The translations under genes were made by a program, and so were the position numbers. A stretch of DNA of 49,826 nucleotides, filler included, from Dirinaria sp. TL-2023a (Eukaryota): assembly GCA_051941275.1 (NCBI GenBank). It is 2 parts of 2 records of this genome, joined end to end, with 100 filler letters (N's around TTAATTAATTAA, not from the genome) between each part and the next. Parts side by side here need not be neighbours in the genome. Positions count along the whole stretch, not along the records: positions 24,993 to 49,826 come from JAVEBF010000182.1; 1 more part is not named here. The stretch is one strand, 5' to 3'. Of the stretch, positions 24,993-36,002 are shown in pieces. The notes below the pieces were generated by a model, which worked only from the letters and a program-made list of their open reading frames with translations, did not search any database and was not told where the DNA came from. Within the stretch, counting starts at the first letter, position 1. The number at the start of each line of letters is the position of its first letter.

Positions 24993-27900
24993 TACACGGG
25001 GGTGAACGATGCCCTTTTTTTTTTTTTTATTGCCTTTGCGTAGGTGGGGGTCTTTGGGAGGTCTTTGTAGTTGAGATAGATGTACGTGTACTTAGTTGGT
25101 GGTTGGTGGTGGTAGAGGTTCGTGATATTTGCAGCTGGGGTGGCTGGCTAGACACTCATGAATGTTGATGGGCCTTTTGAAAGTGAGAAATGGGGCAATT
25201 GGGAAAGCCCATGCTCCGAATTCCAGATCGAATAAAGATTTTTAGAAGAGTAAATTTGGAGTGCAAGGTTTATATAGAAATTGATGTAGTAAATCTAAAG
25301 CCTTTGCTGGGTGCTGTTTATGACCTTGTGTTGTTGTTGTGAGTTCGGGGGACTTGAGGGGTGATTTTCTTGAAATGGAATGCATGACTTTCGTCCCGTT
25401 CCCTTGCTTAGCTTCTTGCTTCGGGTGAAAGGGGGCAGGGAAAGGGGGCGAGGTAGACAAAAGATACCAATTAGAAAACAGTCAGACGGGAAATGCAACG
25501 AGATGGATGAACGGTGAAGAAAAAGGAGGGAGAGAGAGATAAAAAAAAGCCCCGACATGCGAAATCCGAATATTGATTCGGGGGCTCTCCGTTGAGGCTT
25601 ATTTACTCTGCTGTCCGGTGAACGGTGTGGACGGAACACATGAAGTGGGCTGTAGGACTTGGAAGCGTCAGCCGAACGGAGAGAGAGGGAGAGAGAGGGA
25701 GCCTTAGCAAGCCTTAGATTAATCCTACAGTAAGACTTTCGGTGGAGAGGGCGAAGGTGACATGAGTGGCAGAGCAGTACTGTTGATGCTCTAGTGAAAA
25801 GTTTCCTCTCTGGTGTGAGATGGAGAATATTGTGCAGCCAAGGAAATGATTGCGCATAAGACTTTTAATAATGAGGCTCTTTTTTTTCCTCTCGGTTAGG
25901 CTTACCGTCCAGTAATAAAAACACCCGGGAAACACGTACATCATGATCATCATCCCTTATCCTTGTCGCGGCCGTTGGGCGATCACCGCCCGACTACTGC
26001 GCTTCCGCGTTCGGCACGCGACCGGTGTGCGCCTTTCTTGACTACATTGCATTACCTCTCAGTGATGCCACGACCTTCATTTTCACTCACCGCGCCCTGA
26101 AAAGAAGCCTTGACACCGCGAGCACGGAACTTGAGTGGCGAAGAGGGGGCCAAGGAGGGCGGAGGCTTTGAATTCTCTCGCCCCGCCGGGCTGATTCGAT
26201 TGTGGGGGGGGAACAATGGGTTGGGGGGAGTCAGTCGTACCCACCTGACTGGATATTGCAACGACGTGGAACAGGGGAAGATTAGGTGGGATGAGGGTGC
26301 GTGTATGTGTGTAAGGTAGTAGAAGAATGGATCTTTTTTTTTTTTTTTTCCCTTTTTCGCTCCCTTTGGTGTGATTTCATAGGAGCGCGTGTGGAGGTTT
26401 CTGATATCAGAACTGTTGAGGATGCGGGAAAGGATTAGGGAGGTCGTGCCAGCGAGAAACGCCGCGACGGAAGGCTTGACAGGTGAAGTGAGCGAGGTTA
26501 TTCTTGTGGCTGCCTGAAGCTGAAGTGATTTTGAGTTTCGACCCCAATGGAATGTCAAAATTCGGCGCTAATGGGTGTTGCCTCGTTGCCTTCTTCTACT
26601 ATGTGTCATTCTGCTTCCTCAGGTAAGGGAGAGAGCGCGAACCACCATGTCGCTCTAACGTGTGTGAAGCATCGCCCGAACTTGTTGAACTTTCCTCTCA
26701 AGGCACATTTGAGACAGGCTGCGGTTGGTGTCGCACCCATTATCCTGCTAGGCATTGATTGCTGTACCGCCATGTGAAGCACAAACTTCAAGTCGTACAC
26801 AATGGATTGTCGGAAAGCTTATTAAAGGTCCCGCTGCCTGCTCTATCTGTACATATAGCATGGAAAGGATCGATTGAGATTGCAACAGTTGGTTTCAGCG
26901 TTTCCTCATGAACGATAATAATCTTAAAATACAACGTCGCGGATCCCACCGGGAATGACATGCAGGAGGATGACGGATATTCAATGCCAAATGCAACGGT
27001 GACTTGTCACGGACTGAGTCACGCACTGGATCCGTGCAACCAAAGTAAGAGCAATGCATTTCAGCGAGAAATATAGCGCTAACTATCCCGTCCAAAGATG
27101 CCTGCGGTAGCGGTGCATAACCAAAACCATGCCGATGCGTGAAACGAGGGGGGAAAGGGGTTAGATAGTCAGAAAACGTCCCAACATGCAAGCCACAGCA
27201 AAAGACCGAATACCGAATCTCAAAAGCTCGAAGGAAAACAAGAAGCCGACTCTAAGTGATGCCATGGGTATCGATGAAGCAACGCCTCGAGAATGCTGGA
27301 AAATTACAATGCGTTTGGATCGCGGGGGTGGGTCGTCGAGTTGTCTGCAGCCCAGGCATATCCAGCGACGATCTAAAAGCGCCTAAGTCAGTGGCCGCCA
27401 TATAGACCGGTCATGGCCATTTACCATTGCCTTTGTCAACACAATGCTGGCGCTAGGTCTATTTCCTTGGCCGGGGAGGTCGTTCAGAATACCACTGTGT
27501 GCCCTTTTTATGGTGGCAAAAGACGCATGCAACGTCGAATTTATGGGTCATAGGGCCCTTCTGACAGTTGTAGCACCACCACTGTGTCTTAGGCGGCGGC
27601 GGACGTCCTCGGTTATCCATGATGGAACGCACGAAGTATTGACAGGGAAAGATAGATCGATGAGAGTGTGGATGTGTGAAGACGTGAGAATTGAACCAAA
27701 AGCAAAAGCTGGTTCTGATGGCGCTGAGTAGAAAAATGATCAGGAGGTTCGGTGATTGGCGAATGCTAACGAAGATCTCGAGGATGTCCTGTGTGTTGTG
27801 TTATGAGAGTGCGATGCCATTACTTATATTCATGACTGGCTGACTGGTTGGCTGGCTGGCTGTTGGAGCAACTGCTAGTTTTTCGGTGGAAGTAGAGGAC

Positions 27901-29104
27901 AGCTCAGTGTTTAGGATGCCGAGTAATATGGTTTGAAAGCATTGCCATTCGGATCCTTCGAGTGATACTCGAGATGGTATCGCAACGTGCCATTGTTCAG
28001 TTCAGCTCCGGAAGCGCGAACAGGAGTCAAAGAGGTGATGAGGACGGAGTAACCTTGCACTGCCAATCTCTCTCCGATGCGCAAGCTAGCACGTAGCAGT
28101 AGACTTCTAAGAAATTGCCTTAGGCTCCAATCATATTTCCTGACCGGTCAGGCAGATCAGATGACCGAAAGCTCATGCGGTGAGTAATGCACGAGTCTTG
28201 GTAGGGCAGCCTTCGGAGATGGGGTCCCAATCCCAGAGTGGTACTCCGGTGGCGAGTCTAACGTTCCCGCCGTCACCGGGGAGACCGCGCAGGCTTCTTA
28301 AGGTGGCAATGATCTGAAAGTGTTTGGAAACGTGGTATCTGAGGTAGGATTCTGAAGATTGAATTAGCGTCGGTTCCACGCAGCGTGTGCATTTGATGGG
28401 AAACCCAATCCTGAAAACTGGGACTTGATTGCCGACCGCCGTTGGTCAGTTTGCACAATGGTATCCACATCCGCAAGTATTGACACGTGCGTGTGATGTC
28501 GTTGCTCCCCTGATACGCAGTCTGACCGGCTCTGGAAAAGCTTTCCGATTGCCCTGCGTTGAAATATCGTGGGGACCAAGCCTCTTTCACGGGTGACTGC
28601 CTGCCCTTGGAATATTGGTAATTGTCAAGCCTCCGTAGACTCAGCCATGTCTTGAATGTCGAGGTATGATCCAGCTAGTTCAGTACCGAGAAAAGGCGTC
28701 GGATGGCGGTGCTCTCGAATGAGATTAATGAAGCATTAGCGCGTGTCTAAATTTCACGTCTCGGTCTCACCTATCTCTGACAATGCCGAATGAGGAGGAG
28801 AGTACTCGTACTGTAAGCAGGGCATGACCAATAATGAAACATTTCATGAGAGTAAGTACAGTAAGGTAGGAAAGACGCTGGGATTGCATTGAACTCAGGG
28901 TGTTGCCACCGAGGGTCCATGAGAAAGGACGCTAACGAAAAGGAACAACCGGTGCAGTGGGTCCATGCTTCCATCTCCGAGAATGCAAAAAGAAATCTAC
29001 GCAAATATTCAACGAATGTAACGCCTCCGCGCTGCCCAAAATCTGTCCGAGAATGCGCTGAGATCTTCGTATGCATGCATCTTCTCATTTTCCATGCTGT
29101 AGCC

Positions 29105-29335
29105 TTAGGCCACCCGGCACAATGAACATCTGGTGTGGTTGCAAACAACACACCTTGGCTGCATGGTGAGGCTCTTTGGTCCGTCGTGGCATTTGCAGCA
29201 GTACCAAGTACTAGACCTTGTGGCAGTACCGAGTGTATGGGAGAAGGGTGGCGGTCGAGCAGGTGCTACCTGTAGCTTGTGAGATGCAGCACCACCGGAT
29301 AGGTGTTCGTCGATGCTAGTTCCTATTAGCCCCAT
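29105..29335 (-). CDS. Small zinc-ribbon protein A (76 aa; WYCCKC-x12-CVVCNHTRCSLC)
   Basis: The C-terminal motif has the same Cys/His spacing as both fingers in the 35520-36002 ORF. ATG is in a good context (aaacATGG). Confidence 0.7.
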   Translation of the reverse strand: MGLIGTSIDEHLSGGAASHKLQVAPARPPPFSHTLGTATRSSTWYCCKCHDGPKSLTMQPRCVVCNHTRCSLCRVA

Positions 29336-30934
29336 GTTTTATAAAGCGAATAGGGTATGAAGACCTTCGACAAGGTACGGCGGAAGCACAGCAAGCTGTT
29401 GCTGCGAAGTTCGGGCTTGGGACTGGAGTTGCAATCGTGTTGCAAGGAAAACCATCGCCCTGTATAGGATGTTCCCCGTGCAGAAACATGGTCACCTTCT
29501 GTAGGGTTCTTGCTGCAGAGTTCAGGTATAGTAGCGCTCTTTGGAGAGGAGATTGGCAGAGTCTAGATGAGTTCAAGAAACAGCTCACTATTGATAAATC
29601 GAGACCTTGTGATCCTGACTTCGTGAGAAAAGGAAGAACGCGGTTGAACTTTCAAAAGTGCGTCTGTCGGTGCACTTATACGATTCATTGCAATGAATGC
29701 AGAGCGGCTGAGCTACGCAAACAAGACGAAGCGAAGAAGCTGGCGCCAGACGCAACATTGGACAAATGGAAGAGGGCGTGCCGTGATCCTGCCGTCAGTG
29801 ACAGAGGAAGAGCAGAGTGGTAGGACAGCGAGCAGCTGAAGCGCGGAATGCCTCTCCTGTGACTGGATTTCACATTTTCGCTTACTGCAGAATGCTGACC
29901 TTCTATTCCTGATAAGAGCTTCGGGCTGGAATCTATTACTTAATCAAATAGCTCACCAGGACCTTGCGAATACGCACATGGTCCACGTTTCGGAGATTGG
30001 TATGTTTTCTAAGGCGAACAAGTGCAAGCCGTGCTTCCCAAGGCTCAGCGACTTATTTCCAAGGGGCCGGCGAGGGAACTCTCGCTCACGAAGAGTGGCA
30101 AAAGCTAGTGGGCATAGTTGATGGAATTAGCCAAGGACTTTCTCAAGCGTGTCACATAGCTATCTGTTTTCCTCGCACGTCCTTTGAATGGTAGCACGGG
30201 AATCGTTCAATTGCCCTCGGGACATAGCCATCGTGATAGCCGTTGCAATGGTAATTACGGCTTGGTCAGCCTTCATTGACACTAGATCTGGATGGTGACT
30301 TACGTTGGGAGCCTTTCACTTGTAGATCTTCGTTTCCACTCTTAGCTATTGCAACGTCGCTAGACTACTGATGCCGACGGACTTTTGAGATCGTTGGTGG
30401 GCTGCTGTAGCTCTGAGCGTACCAAAGCTCGTATTGCAGAGAGCGCAGGTCTTCATCTTAGACCGTGAGCTCCACCTGGCTGAACGTGGGCCCGAATCCT
30501 GCCAAGATGGTGAAACGAGGCAACTAAGCGAAGAGCAGACCCAAGGTAAGTAGGTACAGTCATCATCACACTCACAGTCGGTGGCAAACCACATAATACT
30601 GACTTTCGGCTGTACTTCGTAAAATTCTTCGACAACAGTATGTGGAAAGTCATGTCATCCGGATTTGTCGGAGCTCACTGAGATGCGTAGCTACTTGCTA
30701 ATCACCTCAGCCGTTTACCGAGCGAAAAAAAATGTAATAAGGAAAAAGCTCCACAGCAACGCTAATTGTCGGTTGGCAGGGCTTATGAGCCTCTTGTCTC
30801 GCTATACTACGCAATTAAGGAATTGCTTAATAAAACGCATTCCAAAAGAAATTCTATATCACCACAATACAAAGCGAAAGACTAATTGTGACACATCAAG
30901 CCGACCCGCAGCTTGGAAGCCTCGACACCGGAAT

Positions 30935-31402
30935 TCAACGCCGTGAGACACCGCGATCTCTTACATAGATGACCTCTTGCTCACAATATTCACAGATCCT
31001 GTGATCGCAAGTAATACAAGAGTTGTAAATCTGGATATTGTGCGGCCCATGACCTCGGCCCGGACCATGACAGCAATACCAAAGAATCGTCCGAGTGCGT
31101 GCAGTGTGCTGGCGCTGGCTCTCTCCATTGCTGCTTTCAGAAGATGTATAATCGCTGGGCATACGGCGTTCTCTGATATTGGGTTGGGCACTCCAACCTG
31201 GTAAGATGTTGCCGGCTGCCAAAGACCCGGGTTGAGTCGAATACGTTGATGGAGCTTCAAGAGGTCGGGTGACCCTATCGTGCTCATGGACCGCTGGTCG
31301 TTCAAACGCACTGGCACGCTGGAGTTGGACTGCCTCGCTTGCTCTTCGACCTGAGCGGTCAGGGGCATACATGAGGTAGATTGGACTTTGGTTTCTCGTC
31401 AT
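30935..31402 (-). CDS. Small zinc-ribbon protein B (~155 aa; WYCCH...HGP...CITCDHRICEYC)
   Basis: Disordered N-terminus plus a variant finger. A CTGAC branch and CAG just upstream suggest a possible micro-exon (ATG TCT GAA, 31496-31488, donor GTGGGC). Confidence 0.7.
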   Translation of the reverse strand: MTRNQSPIYLMYAPDRSGRRASEAVQLQRASAFERPAVHEHDRVTRPLEAPSTYSTQPGSLAAGNILPGWSAQPNIRERRMPSDYTSSESSNGESQRQHTARTRTILWYCCHGPGRGHGPHNIQIYNSCITCDHRICEYCEQEVIYVRDRGVSRR

Positions 31403-32774
31403 GCCCTGCTGTTGCAGACGAGGGTCAGGCGAGAGACGCTAGCTAAGATCAGTATGGAACATAAAGTATTGGGAAACATATGCCCACTTCAGACATTCTC
31501 GACTGCGTAGCCCTTCGATTTTCGCGATTTTAAGACTAGTGGAACGCTGACGTACAATTCCAAGATTGTTATCGGACACAACAAAAGCAATTGTGGCCAT
31601 CTCCATTTTGGCGTGGCAACGAGCAGACATAAATAAGGAGACGTAGGGAAATATTAGGTGGACACTACAATTTACCCTAGTGGCATAGTTCAATAAGAGG
31701 GAAAACAGGGGAGACAAAGCCACACCTTCAATGCCACCAGATCTAAGTTCGAGTTGGCTCAAAGATTGAGCCATGCATGCTTGCTAAGTCGAACTGGGAG
31801 AGGAGTGCCGGAGATCAAGAGCGCCGGATTTGAAGGGCACAGGATGCTCGTAACACGCTTTGTTGAGGTTGGCAGCATATTTGGGGGGGGGGGGGACGAT
31901 TGAGGCAGTACACAGGACTTAAGCGTATCTGGTAAGTCGCTCCGTGCTTTTTCACAGCTCATAAGAATGTCCTTATCAGCAGTACTATGTCACGTCCTGT
32001 GTACTTGCCTTATCGAATTCAGAACATCCATAGAATTTGCTTACCAGTCAATATTATGTAGATTAGAAGAAATGCAAACACGGCCAAAGGCTGGAAACAA
32101 GCGACCGCTCCGCGATCACTGTCGTCAGGTCTGACTCAGGTATATCTCTGCTGACCATGCTCAGGCAGGCATGTCAGAGCGTCTAGGTGAGCAGATTGGC
32201 CATAGAGGTGCTTGGCAGTTGACTTGCTTCTACCGCCTTACGCTTGCTAGTAGTAGTATTTCAGCGCCGTTGTAGGCATCGTACCTGTCTGTACGATCGC
32301 ATCATCTTAAGAGTCATAGCTCAAGCGGACAATGAGCATAAACTGTATTCCCGATACTATCATTGGCTGTCGACGTCTCGTGGTGAAGGCGAAGCTTGCC
32401 TCCTAAGCCAGGTGAGAGTAGCTCTAGCCATGTCAGGATGGTGTGGCATATGGAACAGGGGGTGAAGTGAAAGCAATTAATAGTACACTCGATTCAACCG
32501 AGGACCGAGTTTAAGGTGCGTGCGCCGAGTAGCCTGTATAATGGTAAGCAGCATGACAGTCGCCTTAAGGTAACGAACGCCTTAGAACGCCTTCTGTGGC
32601 TATAACCATGAGTTCGCGCCACAGCTGGCGCAGACTAGTCTGCTGCAAGGAGAGAATACCAGACATACTGAAGCCATTGGTTCGGTATCCGTAGAGCTGC
32701 ATCCAGCCGTTAACAGGGTTGTCGTTGATAGATGCAGAACTGGTCAACAACCAACTCGCGATCTGATGTCGATA

Positions 32775-32784
32775 GTCACGTGAC
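32775..32784. promoter_or_regulatory. GTCACGTGAC palindrome (E-box, Cbf1-type bHLH site) upstream of PFA5
   Basis: Perfect 10-bp palindrome ~245 nt upstream of the ATG at 33028. Confidence 0.4.
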
Positions 32785-33027
32785 GCTCTCTCGGTCCCAA
32801 TGTTCCTTATCTCCGGCGAGAAGAATCTAGCGCTGCCTCATTGTCAGCGAAGGCTTCTGATGGTTGTCCCTCGTCCTCTCGAGGTTCGTTCAGCTTGAAG
32901 ACGCTACGAACGGCGTTATGGAGGCAGCATACTGCGTGCATAGGTGCTTCGAAAGCTAACCTCCATCATGCGAAGCATATTCTTCTCCGTCGACTTCCCT
33001 CTTGTGCCTTGAGCTTTTGCTACCTGA

Positions 33028-34937
33028 ATGGCCCCGACTGCCTTCGATCCGAAGGCGGTAAATATCTGGACGGCGAGGGTTATCCCAGTCATACTTATAG
33101 GGATTGTCGGTTATGTTACGTGGGTGGTGATTGTCCTCGTATGCGGTCAGCAGAGAAGATGCAGCGGCTCGTATCAGATTGGCTAACGCTACTGCAGCTG
33201 ACTACCTGCTGGAAGCCCACGGTACGAGCAACGTCCGGCGTCCCAGCACTGGTATAGCGATCATAGTCGTATATTCTTTTCTGCTACTACTACTTGCGTT
33301 CTCCTACTTGCGTCTACTCTACACTGTCACCTCCAATCCAGGGTTTGTCCCTCGGGGCCCTCAATGGCATGCCAATCAGACACCAAAGCAAAGATCGCAC
33401 AGTCGGAATACGAGAAATATGGCAGGGCTAGAGCTGGAAAAGACGAACGGTCCTCATACGCCAGCTACTGGCTCTGATGGATACGCACTTGCAGCTGGTC
33501 CGCCTACCTCTGAGGCTGATGTTGGCCAAGAAACTTCAAATCTCGACAAGATGTATACCAAAGAAGTTTTCAGCTGCGAAGGTGATGGACGCCCTATATG
33601 GTGCTCGACCTGCTTGAATTTCAAGCCAGATCGAGCTCACCATTGCCGAGAAGTTGGCCGATGCGTTCGGAAAATGGACCATTTCTGCCCTTGGTAAGTA
33701 ATAGGTCCTTGAATTTCTAGACTCTCTCGTCCTTGCCCAAGCCAGCTTCAAGCCAAACAAACTGGGAGAGAGCTGACATTACGCCAGGGTGGGAGGGGTC
33801 ATCTCGGAAACTTCGTTCAAATTTTTCCTTCAATTCACCACCTGGGCTTCTTTCTATTGCATATTCAACCTCATTGTAATGGCCATTTTTGTCGCAGAGT
33901 TGAAGAGGCAGGTAAGGCGCACCTTTTTAAGTACTTCCTTTTCGCGATTCTCGCAAGGCTACAGTGGTGCCACGCGTCGAACTGGTTCTTGCTGTTTCAG
34001 GTACATTGGTTCCAGCATGCCATCAAGCTTCAAGGATGTATTGTTGCCTGAAAGAGCTTATTTGGACGTCGATGTGCTGCCGGTGCCTCGACGGAATAGG
34101 AGGATTCGCTATTACTTGCGTTTAGCGCCCTATCACTTGAAGCTTATTCCAGCCTCAATCAATTGCAAGGCTGACCAGCCAATCTTCTAGACCAACACGA
34201 TGAACATTCACTGGGTAATCACCCTAGCCTTGTAAGCTGGATCCCTCCGATCAGCTCAGCATGAACTGACTTACTGCAGTGGAGGGCTCTTTGGTCTGTT
34301 CACGCTCGGCATGAGCTTTTCTTCGATGCAGTTCGTCCTACTCAACACCACGACTATCGAGAACCTCAGCCGGCATTCGAAAGTCTGGACTCTTGCGGTC
34401 TTGATTCCCAAAAATTCGTTACACTCAATACCTCCTCCGTTCCACACAATCACCTATCCTCTCGGATACGTAGGCCCCAACCAAGACGAGGCGCGCCCTG
34501 AGATACCTGTAGTGCAGCTAAGAAAATTTGCAATCCTGCACAGCAAGCCAGGCGAAAACCCTTGGGATCTCGGACCCTTCCGAAATTTCAAATCAGTCAT
34601 GGGCGACCGGTGGTATGATTGGTTTCTGCCGATCAGGTATTCCCCCTGCACCCACCATGACAGATACGAAGCACAGTTCGAGACCGGGCCCGTCGTGCAG
34701 CGGATGAGAGAGGATGCTGGCCTTGCGGCTGGACTCGCACCGTTCAATGGGTCCCTAGATGGCGATGGAAAGCCCGAGAGGAAGCGCAGAAGACGGAAGA
34801 GGCAACGTACCCAAGATGACGCTCGTGAGGACTCTGACAGGAGGCGCAGAAAGAGGAGACATAGTCATAACGTGCATAGCGATGGTGGAAACGGTACAGA
34901 GCTTTCAGAGTATGGAGAGCACGGCGTCGTAGTATAA
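33028..34937 (+). CDS. PFA5: DHHC palmitoyltransferase, Pfa5-type, ~478 aa
   Basis: Exons 33028-33145, 33198-33693, 33788-33911, 34191-34231, 34280-34937. [38 protein letters not shown] (DHFC variant typical of Pfa5), NTTTIE, NPWDLG..NFKSVMG..W..WFLP. Confidence 0.9.
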
Positions 34938-35519
34938 GCTACTTTGGTCTTTGATTTCTGTTCGTACATCTTAGAGCGTACATGGCAAAGCGAAGGTTCA
35001 AGTGTCGCGGGATAAAGAACTGGGGTCATTGTACATCTAGACCCAACGGATACCTTGATGGCGAAGACTTTTTGCCAGCGATCATAGTCAATAGAAGCGT
35101 CCATTGCTTACTCGCAGTGGGGACTCAAATGGTTGCGCGCCAATTCATCCTAGGATATTGACTAGAAATGAGAAGCTAAATGATGAAATCTAAGATATGC
35201 AACGAATTTAAAAGCCAAAAGTATCACAATCTTGCCTCAGCCCAAATGCATCCCTCCAACAAAGCAGCAAATACATGAGCGAATGCAAAGAAGAAGAAGA
35301 TCAAGAAGAAGAGAAAAAAAAAAATACAAAGAATGTGAAAACGACTTACATTGATCGCAGGAAAAACCGCGCTGATGAGGGGGCATGCAAAAATTGTCAA
35401 TTTCACCGAAAACCGTCCTCTCCGACCATAGATAAACCCTTGACAGACCCTAAGTCCCAGTCATCCCATGTAGCCTTCGTCTCCTCTCCCTCCTCTGCTT
35501 CATTCATTTCTCTCACAGA

Positions 35520-36002
35520 TCAAGCACGTCTACACCGATCGCACTTGACATGTCCGCACTGCGTACATCTCCCTGCAGACAAATCCGGATTATTGAGATG
35601 ATTGCATTCGCTGCAGTACCACCATCCAGCCATGGAAGGCTTATGAGACGTCGTGCCAGCAGGGAGCTGATATCGAGGAGCGCGCTGAAGAGAGAGAGCC
35701 GGCGGCACGGATGGCGCGAAGGATGGATGAGATTGATAATGGGGAGTAGGAGAGAATGAGTGGCTAGAAGGATGAGATGGCGTGGTAGGTTGTCGGGAGC
35801 GAGAGGACGATGGGTGCGCCTGGCGAAAAGAAGAGGTGGAGGGATACCGAGCATGGCTCGATCGAAAAGGGGCAGGGTTGTTTACGCGGGGTGGGCCGGT
35901 GGTGCATTTGTAGCAGCGCGAGTGCTCGCAGATAGGACATTTCTCAGGTGCAGTGGCGATCAGGTTGTTTGCCCGACAGGAGCAGCAGGTCCAGACGTCC
36001 AT
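35520..36002 (-). CDS. Small double zinc-ribbon protein C (160 aa; N- and C-terminal fingers joined by an S/P/H/R-rich linker)
   Basis: WTCCSC-x12-CPICEHSRCYKC and WYCSEC-x12-CTQCGHVKCDRC. TATAAAAA on the minus strand near 36162-36169. Confidence 0.8.
   Translation of the reverse strand: MDVWTCCSCRANNLIATAPEKCPICEHSRCYKCTTGPPRVNNPAPFRSSHARYPSTSSFRQAHPSSSRSRQPTTPSHPSSHSFSPTPHYQSHPSFAPSVPPALSLQRAPRYQLPAGTTSHKPSMAGWWYCSECNHLNNPDLSAGRCTQCGHVKCDRCRRA

Noticed and set aside
29437..29823. Cys-rich plus-strand 128-aa ORF
   Set aside because: No coherent motif and a non-ATG start; it lies in the upstream region of zinc-ribbon gene A.
30346..30594. Cys-containing ORF with a C2H2-like CALCNTSF...H segment as a fourth cluster member
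   Set aside because: Lacks the second His and the shared finger spacing, and has a non-ATG start. It cannot be supported without expression data.
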